64,000 nucleotides of DNA, from assembly GCA_028703445.1 (NCBI GenBank), contig JAQVMW010000005.1, positions 21,666-85,665 on the forward strand, written 5' to 3'. The stretch comes from Candidatus Peribacteraceae bacterium (GTDB taxonomy: Bacteria > Patescibacteriota > Gracilibacteria > Peribacterales > Peribacteraceae). This document shows, piece after piece, positions 46,998 to 55,251 of the stretch. The notes under the pieces are model-generated. The model was not told the origin of the DNA and ran no database searches. It saw nothing but the letters and a program-made list of their open reading frames with translations. Numbering within the stretch: the first letter of the stretch is position 1; every line of letters starts with the position of its first letter. Both the position numbers and the translations under genes were made by a program.

Positions 46998-48235
46998 TTC
47001 GAAATCGGCTTCCTCATGAACGCGGGTACCTCCAGCTCCTCTTCCGTCAGGCCAAGCGTAGAGGTCTTGGCCGGCTCGAGGAACGATGAGCGCGCTGTCT
47101 GCTCCGCCCTCTCTTCGTTCGGGGAAGTGTAGCGTGCAGGCGTGTGGACGCCGGGCTTGAGGGTGCGTGCGGCACCGATGGTGGGCAGACCCTCCAGGTG
47201 CGCCTCTTCGAAGCCCGTGGCGATCACCGTGACTTTCACTTCGCCCGTGTACTTCTCGTCGATGACGGCGCCGAAAATGATGTTCGCCTCGGGATCGGCG
47301 GCCTCCGTAATGATGCGCGCCGCCTCGTCCACCTCGAACATGCTCAGGTCCGTGCCACCCGTAATGTTGAAGAGCACGCCCTTTGCCCCCGAGATCGAGA
47401 GATCAAGCAAGGGGCTGTCGATGGCCGCCCGGGCCGCCTCGGCCGCACGGCTGTCGCCTGTGCCGTAGCCGATGCCCATGAGGGCAGTGCCGGCATCCTG
47501 CATGATCGACTTCACGTCCGCGAAGTCCACGTTGATGAGCCCGTGCTCCGTGATCAGGTTCGAAATGCCCTCGATGGCGTGCTGGAGCACTTCATCCACC
47601 ACCTGGAACGCCTCGGTGAGAGGGGTCGTCTTGTCGATGAGCGACAGAATCTTGTCATTCGGAATCGTGATGAGCGTATCCACCTTGCCCTTCAGGTTCG
47701 CAATGGCATCCTCAGCCTGCTGTTTGCGCTTGAGTCCCTCAAAGCTGAACGGTTTGGTGACCACGGCCACCGTCAGGATCCCCATGCTGCGGGCAAGTTC
47801 GGCGATCACCTGCACGCTGCCACTGCCCGTGCCGCCACCCAAGCCTGCAGTGATGAAGAGCATATCCGCACCTTCCAGCGCAGCCTGAATCTCGGCACTG
47901 CTCTCCTCCGCGGCTTTCTTGCCCACTTCAGGATTCGCACCGGCTCCGAGCCCGCGGGTCGTCCCGCGGCCGATGGTGATTTTCTTGGGTGCCGGATTGT
48001 GGTAGAGCGCCTGCATGTCGGTGTTGAGCGCCACAAATTCCACGCCCTGCACCTTGGAGTCGATCATGCGCTTCACGGCATTCGAGCCGCCGCCCCCGGA
48101 TCCGAGGACGATGAGACGCGCCCCCGGTGTGGCATCGGGACGGACCTCGCGCGAGACCAAGGGATTGTCGTCGTGGCTCGCACCATTGCTCGACGCACGT
48201 GAACCGGAGAAGAGGGAACGGAGAGTATCGGACAT
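46994..48235 (-). CDS. ftsZ: cell division protein FtsZ
   Basis: GSGGGGSNAV, GLGAGANPEVG and GLGGGTGSG tubulin-signature motifs. Confidence 0.97.
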   Translation of the reverse strand: MSDTLRSLFSGSRASSNGASHDDNPLVSREVRPDATPGARLIVLGSGGGGSNAVKRMIDSKVQGVEFVALNTDMQALYHNPAPKKITIGRGTTRGLGAGANPEVGKKAAEESSAEIQAALEGADMLFITAGLGGGTGSGSVQVIAELARSMGILTVAVVTKPFSFEGLKRKQQAEDAIANLKGKVDTLITIPNDKILSLIDKTTPLTEAFQVVDEVLQHAIEGISNLITEHGLINVDFADVKSIMQDAGTALMGIGYGTGDSRAAEAARAAIDSPLLDLSISGAKGVLFNITGGTDLSMFEVDEAARIITEAADPEANIIFGAVIDEKYTGEVKVTVIATGFEEAHLEGLPTIGAARTLKPGVHTPARYTSPNEERAEQTARSSFLEPAKTSTLGLTEEELEVPAFMRKPISK

Positions 48236-48240
48236 GGGAG

Positions 48241-48270
48241 AAAGGGGTAGGGCTAGGGGATAGAGTTAGG
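48241..48270. repeat. TAGGG-type run (G4 motif on plus strand) between ftsA and ftsZ
   Basis: aaaggggtagggctaggggatagagttaggg. Confidence 0.75.
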
Positions 48271-49498
48271 GAAGAAGACTCTTGAACCAGGAACCGACGC
48301 GCTGGACGGCGCGTTTCATCTGCGCTGTTCCGACCATCGGCGAACCCTCGCCCTCGCGCACGCCCCAGATGAGAGTGCCGAGACCGGTGGCATAGGCCGG
48401 ATCATCCACCTTCTCGATCACGCCGCCGATATCCACGGGGAATCCCATCTGCACCGGCAGTCCCAGTACATCGCGGGCCAGATCCAGCACGCCCGGCGCC
48501 TTGGACGCCGCTCCGGTGAGGAGTGCCCCCGCGGGGAGCATGCCGCTGCGTCCGATGCGCGTGAGCTCCTGCTTCACGAGCGAGAAGATCTCGAAGTACC
48601 GCGCTTGCATGATCTCGGCCATGTACCGCTTGCTCACGGTCTGCGTATCCACCTTGCTCACGGAGGAGAGGTCGATCATCTCGCGCTCGGCGATCTCCTG
48701 CGGCAGAACCGATCCGAATTCGATCTTGATCTTCTCGGCCGTATCAATGGAGGTGCGAAGCCCGATGGCGATGTCGTTCGTCACGCTCTCGCCCCCGAGC
48801 GGCAGGCTGACGGAGTACAGGATCGTCCCCTCCTCGAACACCGCAACGCTGGTTGAGCCCGCGCCGATGTCGATGACCACGACGCCCAACTCCTTCTGAC
48901 GCTTGGTCAGCACCGCTTCGGGCGCGGCGATGGTCGCCGGCACCAGATCGTCGATGTCCACGCCGGCCTGATCCACGCACTTCTCGATGTTCTTCACATG
49001 CTGCACGTGCCCCGTGACGATGTGGGCCTCCACCTCGAGGCGGATGCCCGTCATGCCCACGGGATTCTTGATGCCGCGCTGCTCATCCACCGCGTACGAC
49101 TTGGGCTCGATGTGCAGGATCCGGCGGTTCTGCGGGATGCTGACCGCCTGTGCGGCCTCGAGCACGCGCCCCACGTCCTCCACCGTGATCTCGGAACCCG
49201 AGATGGCGATGACGCCGCGGCTGTCAAAGGATTCGATGTGTGACCCACTCAGACCCACGAACACGTGGTTGATGGGCACCCCCGCCATGCGCTCCGCATC
49301 TTCCAAGGAAGAAATGATGTTATGAATGAGTTCCTCCACGTCGATCACGTGCCCCTTGCGCATGCCATGGGAGGGCGAGAGGCCGACACCGATGATATTG
49401 GGGATGAGCTTCTCCTGATCGGAGTCCACCACGGCAACGACGGTTCGAATTTTGGCACTTCCGATATCGAGACTGGCAACGATGCGTTCTTTTGACAT
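48266..49498 (-). CDS. ftsA: cell division protein FtsA
   Basis: ASLDIGSAKIRTVV and VVIDIGAGSTSVAVF actin-fold motifs. ATG at 49498 preferred. Confidence 0.9.
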   Translation of the reverse strand: MSKERIVASLDIGSAKIRTVVAVVDSDQEKLIPNIIGVGLSPSHGMRKGHVIDVEELIHNIISSLEDAERMAGVPINHVFVGLSGSHIESFDSRGVIAISGSEITVEDVGRVLEAAQAVSIPQNRRILHIEPKSYAVDEQRGIKNPVGMTGIRLEVEAHIVTGHVQHVKNIEKCVDQAGVDIDDLVPATIAAPEAVLTKRQKELGVVVIDIGAGSTSVAVFEEGTILYSVSLPLGGESVTNDIAIGLRTSIDTAEKIKIEFGSVLPQEIAEREMIDLSSVSKVDTQTVSKRYMAEIMQARYFEIFSLVKQELTRIGRSGMLPAGALLTGAASKAPGVLDLARDVLGLPVQMGFPVDIGGVIEKVDDPAYATGLGTLIWGVREGEGSPMVGTAQMKRAVQRVGSWFKSLLP

Positions 49499-49787
49499 GG
49501 GAGGAGGGGGATCAGGAAATGGTGAGTACAGAAGATGTTCCGCGTATCCCAAAATGGATCATCCGCGAAACAACGGGAGTCTAATTGTCCAAACGAAGGA
49601 TCCGCAAGACGAGAATGAGTATCTTTGGTATACAGCAGATGGGTCAGGGAACAATTTTTCTGTTCTGTTATTTCCTCATCCACTAGGGATCATCTCAAAT
49701 CATCATCTCATGATAATAAGAATGAAAAATGAATGAACACAGTTTGTCGTCAACTAAAAAACACCGATAGGCCTCTCTCACATCCCT

Positions 49788-49940
49788 CTTTCATCTCAAC
49801 CTCTCCCCCTCACCCCCTCTCCCGAGGAGAGGGGGTGTTTGTGACTGTTCTCCCCCACCCTGCCCTCCCCCGGAGGGGGAGGGAAAACTATTTAAGTACT
49901 CCCTTCCCCCACTGGGGGAAGGGTTGGGGATGGGGGTTTG
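49788..49940. repeat. GC-rich nested-palindrome element (copy E6, three inner hairpins)
   Basis: caccccctctcc cgag gagagggggtg; ccctccccc gga gggggaggg; cccttccccc actg ggggaaggg. Confidence 0.9.
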
Positions 49941-50032
49941 TGTGAGAGAGTGAGAAAGGGGTCGGGGCCTGCCTGCCGGTAGGCAGGGATGGAGGTTATG
50001 TTCCGGGAGGATGGAGGTTTGAGTAAAAAACC

Positions 50033-50989
50033 TTAGAAAAGAAGCAGCTGCTCCGTTGATTTCGTCTGGGGAGCCGGTGACATCGGAACATCTTCCGAGG
50101 CACAGTGCGTTCTGCCGAAGGGCGACTGAAGCAGGGATTGGAACCTCTTGATGAGCAGCGTGAATTCCATCGCGCGGAAGAACGAAAGAATCCTCCCGGC
50201 GGGAAACACCCCGAGGGAAAGCTGATCCAGAGGAAGGAGCGGCATGTCCCAAACGAGCAGCGCCATGCGTTCACAGAAGAATGCCTGTTCGCGATCGGCA
50301 GCGAGCTTGTCGCGGACAGCGGGACGGATTTCCTCCAGATGATCGTAGACACCTTTGAGCGTGCCATACTTCTGCAGAAGTTCCGCCGCGCTCTTGGGCC
50401 CGATGCCTTTGACACCCGGAAGGTTGTCGGACGGGTCGCCGGTGAGTCCTTTATAGGAGGGAATCTGATCGGGACGAACGCCGTACTTCGCCTCGATCTC
50501 TTTGGGACCCAGGTACTCCGCCTGCTGGTAGCCCTTGTGCGGGATGGCGATCCGGATCCGGTCACTCGCGAGCTGCAGGGCATCGCGGTCCCCCGTGACG
50601 ATGGTCACGCGCATCCCTTCCTTCTCGGCCGCCCGCGCGTAGGCGCACAGCAGGTCATCGGCTTCGAACTTGGCATCGGAGACATGCGGGATGGCGAACG
50701 TATCGATGAGCTCATGGACCCGCGGGATCTGCGCGTAGAAATCATCGGGGGTCTCGGCCCTTCCCGCCTTATAGTCCACGGCCTCCTGATGGCGAAAGGT
50801 CTGGTCGCCCTCGTCGAAACAGAAGAGAAATGCATCGGGCTCCTCCTTGGCCAGAATCGAGAGGAGCATCGAGGCCACTCCGAACACCGTATTCGTCTGC
50901 TCCCCTGCCCTCGTCTTCAAGGTACGCGGAATGGCCCAGTAGGCCCGGTACATGAGATGGTGGCCGTCAATGAGGACAAGATGTCTCAT
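50033..50989 (-). CDS. 5'-3' exonuclease (Pol I N-terminal / FEN-like)
   Basis: LVLIDGHHLMYRAYWA, DYKAGR, TGDRDALQL and GVKGIGPKSA motifs. Confidence 0.9.
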   Translation of the reverse strand: MRHLVLIDGHHLMYRAYWAIPRTLKTRAGEQTNTVFGVASMLLSILAKEEPDAFLFCFDEGDQTFRHQEAVDYKAGRAETPDDFYAQIPRVHELIDTFAIPHVSDAKFEADDLLCAYARAAEKEGMRVTIVTGDRDALQLASDRIRIAIPHKGYQQAEYLGPKEIEAKYGVRPDQIPSYKGLTGDPSDNLPGVKGIGPKSAAELLQKYGTLKGVYDHLEEIRPAVRDKLAADREQAFFCERMALLVWDMPLLPLDQLSLGVFPAGRILSFFRAMEFTLLIKRFQSLLQSPFGRTHCASEDVPMSPAPQTKSTEQLLLF

Positions 50990-51012
50990 TCTTAAGGAGT
51001 TATGGGAGAAGA

Positions 51013-51093
51013 GTAGCAGGTAGTTGGTAGTTGGTAGCTTGTAGCCCGAAGAAAATGATCCCTAGCTACCAGCTGCGAGCTACCAGCTACCAT
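51013..51093. repeat. low-complexity hairpin (GGTAG / CTACC words)
   Basis: ggtagttggtagttggtagcttgtagc pairs with gctaccagctgcgagctaccagctacc. About 27 positions, with 2 mismatches and 3 G-T wobbles. Confidence 0.85.
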
Positions 51094-51283
51094 CAATCAA
51101 CACACCCTAACCCTCAAAAATCTCAAGTCTTCCTCTCTCCCCGAAAGAGCGATTTTCGGCTATACTATCGAGATAACTGATAACCAAAGAATAAAGAATT
51201 TGGAATGAAGAATAATGAAAAAACAACAAACAACCCTCATCCGAATCCCTAAGTCCTAAGTCCCAAACCCACCCCCTCACCCC

Positions 51284-51919
51284 TTGAATCCCCTCTCACC
51301 CGCCTACGATCCCAAGATTGCCCGGCGCTACAGCGCACGGACGATCGAGCATAAGGTGGAGAACAAGACGGCCCTGCAGAAGGAACTCGGTTGGCCGATG
51401 GAACCCAAAGCACCGATTGTCTGCCTGCCGACCGGGATGTCGGATACTCTCGGCGGAAAACTGCTGAAGGAATTCCTGCCGGGACTCCTCAGCCTGCCCA
51501 TTGAGTTACTGGTGCTGGGCAAAGGGAGCGCGGATTACGGGCAGCTCTTCACAGAGCTCGCCGAGGAACGTGGTCATCGCATCGCGATCATCCCGCACGA
51601 TGACGACTCTGTTCGCAAGATGCTCGCCGCGTCCGATATCGCCCTCTTCCTCACGGATCCCACCAGTCTGCCGGAGCTGAACTCTTGCTTGCAGTACGGC
51701 GTGGTGCCCATCGCACCGGAGTGCAGAGCCTTGAACGACTACAATCCCGTCCAGGAGACTGGCAATTCCTTCCTCGCTGCGGAGGCAACGCCCTGGCTCG
51801 TCTTCGCCGCACTCGTGCGTGCGCTCGAGACCTTCAAATTCCCGTTCGACTGGCGGACGATTGAGCGGCACGGGATGGAAGCGGTGGGGGGAGCGAAGGA
51901 AGTGGAGGACGAGGGTTAG
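51284..51919 (+). CDS. glycogen/starch-synthase C-terminal-domain-like protein (half-size)
   Basis: TTG start. ...NKTALQKELGW...LLVLGKGSADY... resembles the second Rossmann domain of GlgA. No N-terminal domain is encoded upstream. Confidence 0.5.
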   Translation: MNPLSPAYDPKIARRYSARTIEHKVENKTALQKELGWPMEPKAPIVCLPTGMSDTLGGKLLKEFLPGLLSLPIELLVLGKGSADYGQLFTELAEERGHRIAIIPHDDDSVRKMLAASDIALFLTDPTSLPELNSCLQYGVVPIAPECRALNDYNPVQETGNSFLAAEATPWLVFAALVRALETFKFPFDWRTIERHGMEAVGGAKEVEDEG

Positions 51920-52024
51920 GGTCAGGATTAGGGCTAGGGTTAAGAGAAGAATTTGAGTGAGGACACGGAAAAATGTTCCTTCATCTTTTTCCTAACCCTA
52001 TCCCTAACCCTACGCCCTACACCA
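51914..52024. repeat. low-complexity hairpin of TTAGGG / CCCTAA words (G4 motifs on both strands)
   Basis: Left arm gagggttagggtcaggattagggctagggttaag. Right arm cctaaccctatccctaaccctacgccctac. Convergent spacer overlapping both stop codons. Confidence 0.85.
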
Positions 52025-53423
52025 AGTAGGAACCCACCGTCACTCCGCAGAAGAATCCGAGAAAGACGAAGGTGAAGAGGAGCGCGGCATTGCGCCAGTA
52101 TGCGGGACGGAGCGGACGGGCGAGGACGCGATTGTTGAAAACAAACAGCAGCCCCGTCGAGACGAACATCGCGAAGGCATTGACCACCGCTCCGAGCACG
52201 ATGAGCTCGCGCGGCTGATCGAACCCCAGACTGAACACGGCAATGCCGAAGAAGATCTGCGCCCAGAGAATGAGATAGTACACGAGCGAAACGCGCACAG
52301 TGCGCTTTCGGGTGAACAAGAGCGCATTCTCCGTCATGATACGACTGGTGGAATCGAGCACCGTGAGCTGGGTCGCAAGGAGCATGAGACCGGTGGCGAG
52401 AAGGAACAGCATGCCGAACACCGGGAGCGAACGCTCGGCGATGACCGAGGCCTCCAGCAGAATGAAATGGATGCCCTCCGCGTTCCCCGCAGCGCCGAAC
52501 GTCGTCACGTACGAAAGGAACGAGAGGAGGAGCATGGTGATGAGGCCGAGCAGCCAGAAGACAAGCAGGTGCTCGAGGTTGGTCACTTTCCACCATCGCC
52601 GCCAGCGCTTGAGGTTGTCATCGGTGATCGCGAAGGTGGAACCCTTGAGCGAAATCTTGTGGCTTGAACCTTCACCGGTGATCAAGCTTAAGATGCGATC
52701 GGCGTAGCGCCCCATGCCGTAGCCTTTGTCACGCACGTAGCATGACTGGGCGAGGTTCAGGTTTCCGCCGGCCCCCGAGTACGCCAGCGCGGCGAGGAAT
52801 GTGGCGAGCGGCACGCCGACGGGCAGGAACCAGAACCCCTGCCCCTGCCCCACGAGCCCGCGCGCGAGCACGACGACATCCGTGTTTTTCGAAAGGTACA
52901 GCGCGAGAAGGAGGATGAATGGCACGCCGAGCCCGATCACCGCCATCTGCAGCTTTTCGACGGTCTTGTAGAGCACGCGACCGATGGAGAGGAAAAATCC
53001 TATGCACAGGAACATGCCGATGGCCACGGCATGCACGTTGTCCAAGCCCAGCGCCCCGGCGAAGAGCGTCGCACCGGCAAGCCCGATGCCCGGCCACCCG
53101 AATCCGAAGAATGTGGAGAGGATGAACCATGCGGGCAACCACTTCCACCGCCGTGCAAACCCGACGAAGATGCTCTCGCCATGGATGATCGCGTACCGCT
53201 CGACCTCCATGTTGATGAAGAACTGCATCGTGATGCCGAGCACGATCGCCCACGCCATCCCGAGCCCGTAGTTGCTCGCGAGGTACGGCCACAAGATCAC
53301 CTCACCGCTCCCCAGTCCCAATCCCAAAATGATGAAACTCGGCCCGATGAGTTTGCGGAGCTTCGGAGCGGGAGGCAGTGGTTTGCGCGCATGCGCACCT
53401 TTCGCGGCGGGCATGGAGGCCAT
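52017..53423 (-). CDS. NRAMP-family divalent metal transporter-like protein
   Basis: About 11 TM helices. The N-terminal GPSFIILGLGLGSGEVILWP region resembles NRAMP-related transporters. Confidence 0.6.
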   Translation of the reverse strand: MASMPAAKGAHARKPLPPAPKLRKLIGPSFIILGLGLGSGEVILWPYLASNYGLGMAWAIVLGITMQFFINMEVERYAIIHGESIFVGFARRWKWLPAWFILSTFFGFGWPGIGLAGATLFAGALGLDNVHAVAIGMFLCIGFFLSIGRVLYKTVEKLQMAVIGLGVPFILLLALYLSKNTDVVVLARGLVGQGQGFWFLPVGVPLATFLAALAYSGAGGNLNLAQSCYVRDKGYGMGRYADRILSLITGEGSSHKISLKGSTFAITDDNLKRWRRWWKVTNLEHLLVFWLLGLITMLLLSFLSYVTTFGAAGNAEGIHFILLEASVIAERSLPVFGMLFLLATGLMLLATQLTVLDSTSRIMTENALLFTRKRTVRVSLVYYLILWAQIFFGIAVFSLGFDQPRELIVLGAVVNAFAMFVSTGLLFVFNNRVLARPLRPAYWRNAALLFTFVFLGFFCGVTVGSYLV

Positions 53424-53575
53424 CGTACCACCACCTCCTTAATGTCCACAAATCGGGAATGGTGAGGAGTAGAATGTCTACGTGATGATCGGTTTGCCAC
53501 TCGTCGGCGTCATCGTGATCGGCATCATCGTGCTGCTCGTCTGGATCGCGATGAAGGACAGCGGGAATTGAACCA

Positions 53576-54091
53576 CCGCGCAGCAAGCTGCGCGGATTCT
53601 AGAGATCCATGGTCATCTGCTTTTGATGTCTGATGTAGTCTTTGACCGCATCCAGACGCTTGCTACCCACCGTTTCAACGAAGTAGCTGTCCGTCCAGAG
53701 ATGCCCTCCCCAATACTGTTTCTTGAGCTGTGGGAATTGTCTGAAGAGCTCTCTTGCTGTGAGGCTTTTGAAGATCTGGGCAATCTGAGCTGGACTGTAT
53801 CGTGGCGGTGCGGAGACGAGCATGTGCACATGATCAGGCAGAATTTCCTGTTCCAAAATCTTCATATCGTAGTGATCGGCAATCTGTTCATGAAGTGTCC
53901 GTAGGGCTTTTTCCAGTCCCGCCTTCAGCACCATTTTCCTGTACTTCGGAATGTAGCAGAAGTGGTAGGCAATCCTGTACGTCGTGTGCGAGGTATGTTC
54001 TGTATCGAGCATGAACCCATTCTACCGTGAGAGTGCAGAGCTTAAGCGCCCTGCGGGCGTCAGCTCTGCATCCCCGCAGCAAGCTGCGGGG
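53576..54091 (-). mobile_element. IS200/IS605-family element (tnpA only)
   Basis: tnpA is flanked by hairpins that share a core: ccgcgcagcaagctgcgcgg (53576-53595) and ccccgcagcaagctgcgggg (54072-54091). Confidence 0.8.
53599..54012 (-). CDS. tnpA: IS200/IS605 family Y1 (HUH) transposase TnpA
   Basis: YHFCYIPKYRK, the HUH motif HVHMLVS and the catalytic Tyr context DSYFVETVG. Confidence 0.9.
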   Translation of the reverse strand: MLDTEHTSHTTYRIAYHFCYIPKYRKMVLKAGLEKALRTLHEQIADHYDMKILEQEILPDHVHMLVSAPPRYSPAQIAQIFKSLTARELFRQFPQLKKQYWGGHLWTDSYFVETVGSKRLDAVKDYIRHQKQMTMDL

Positions 54092-54167
54092 TTTTTCGCT
54101 GCGCTCATATAAATGAAAGCCGTTCGTTTGTAGGGTTCGGAGTCTTTTGATAGTCTGGCGAATACAC

Positions 54168-54186
54168 GGGTCAGTAGCTCAGTCCG
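54168..54186 (+). pseudogene. duplicated 5' fragment of tRNA-Lys
   Basis: gggtcagtagctcagtccg is identical to the first 19 nt of the tRNA at 54268. Confidence 0.8.
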
Positions 54187-54267
54187 CCTAGCCTTCGCCT
54201 GCGAAGGCGTAGAAATAAAAGAAGAGTTGCTCGATCCTTGTCTGTTCCTTCCACTCGCGTTCCCTCT

Positions 54268-54344
54268 GGGTCAGTAGCTCAGTCCGGTAGAGCAGTTGCC
54301 TCTTAAGCAATTGGCCGTGGGTTCAAATCCCACCTGACCCACCA
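54268..54344 (+). tRNA. tRNA-Lys (CTT)
   Basis: Acceptor stem gggtcag/ctgaccc, anticodon loop ctcttaa, T-arm gtgggttcaaatcccac, CCA encoded. Confidence 0.9.
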
Positions 54345-54345
54345 A

Positions 54346-55251
54346 TCATTGCCCAACAACTTCAATTTCTGATCCATCAAATATGAGTTCCGACTCTTCA
54401 ATGATGCCAAGGTTCGGACTGCTTGTATAAAAACCGATTGTTACAGGAATGCGCAATTCATAGGCTTGATTCATTGCTGAGAGCAAATCAATGGTTTCGT
54501 ACTTCTTTGTTTCACAATCTTTTTTTGCCAAAACTATCCTCTCAAGAGGAATTTCAAGTGTGCGTTGTTCTCCTTCAGAGAAAACACCACCCGGAGAACT
54601 GGCAGCGAGTTGAGTAGGGCAACTATGCCAATAAGCATTTACATAACCGAGATGTTCAAAGTCATCCAATGGAATATATAAATATAAACCGATGCCGATC
54701 AGTGAGCCGGCACCCTTTTTTGCGGTTGCGGTTACTTTTAACATGCCTTTCTCTATACGACCAGTAAGGCGCAAATTTGCTGCACCAATCTCATCCGTAT
54801 TCCAGCCGGTAGGTGGCGTGATCATGTTTTTTTGAAGAGAAAGAGTGTTTGTCATCTCATCTATTTTTCCATCACAATCATTGTCGATTTTATCAAATGA
54901 TAGTTCAGGTTTATCAGGATTTATATTCGGATTGCTATCATCACAATCTCCCTGAACAACAGTCCAACCATCCCTATCAACATCCTGATAATTTGGAGAC
55001 AACTCCGTGTCAGTTAAGCTATTGCAATCTTGATCTATACCATCCCCCATAATTTCTTGGGCATCAGGATGAATGTTGGGATTGGAATCATCGCAGTCAC
55101 CAGCTTGTAGCAAACGTAAGACAGGCATATCTAATATATATCCATCTCTGTCCTTATCTAAAATTCTATCGAGCATCTTCCACGCAACCACCACTGTTGT
55201 TAGCAGGAAGAAACCAAGGAAAAAGCCACTTATGAAACGATGCTTATTCAT
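54346..55251 (-). CDS. membrane-anchored protein with two Cys/Asp-rich putative metal-binding repeats (AT-rich island)
   Basis: N-terminal TM helix. Two repeats: DRDGY...GDCDDSNPNIHPD...GIDQDCN and DRDGW...GDCDDSNPNINPD...IDNDCDG. Its stop lies 2 nt from the tRNA-Lys 3' end. Confidence 0.7.
   Translation of the reverse strand: MNKHRFISGFFLGFFLLTTVVVAWKMLDRILDKDRDGYILDMPVLRLLQAGDCDDSNPNIHPDAQEIMGDGIDQDCNSLTDTELSPNYQDVDRDGWTVVQGDCDDSNPNINPDKPELSFDKIDNDCDGKIDEMTNTLSLQKNMITPPTGWNTDEIGAANLRLTGRIEKGMLKVTATAKKGAGSLIGIGLYLYIPLDDFEHLGYVNAYWHSCPTQLAASSPGGVFSEGEQRTLEIPLERIVLAKKDCETKKYETIDLLSAMNQAYELRIPVTIGFYTSSPNLGIIEESELIFDGSEIEVVGQ

Noticed and set aside
49733-49945. ORFs that translate the GC-rich repeats: 49733-49945, 49791-50252, 11536-11757, 30729-30962, 32790-32981, 33872-34216.
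   Set aside because: Their sequences (…SPPHPLSRGEGVF…, …PLSPSPQERG…) are direct read-outs of the palindromic repeat words on either strand. They are not independent coding evidence.
53302-53586. A 94-aa ORF antisense to and overlapping the NRAMP-like gene start.
   Set aside because: It has a His/Asp/Arg-rich low-complexity product and overlaps the transporter gene. The small + strand hydrophobic mini-ORF is a more plausible, though still weak, reading of this spacer.
53576-54091. The IS200-type TnpA acting as a RAYT that spreads the GC-rich palindromes or the low-complexity hairpins.
   Set aside because: Its own flanking hairpins (CGCAGCAAGCTGCG core) share no sequence with either repeat family, and the protein has the compact IS200 form. 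There is no supporting evidence in this window.
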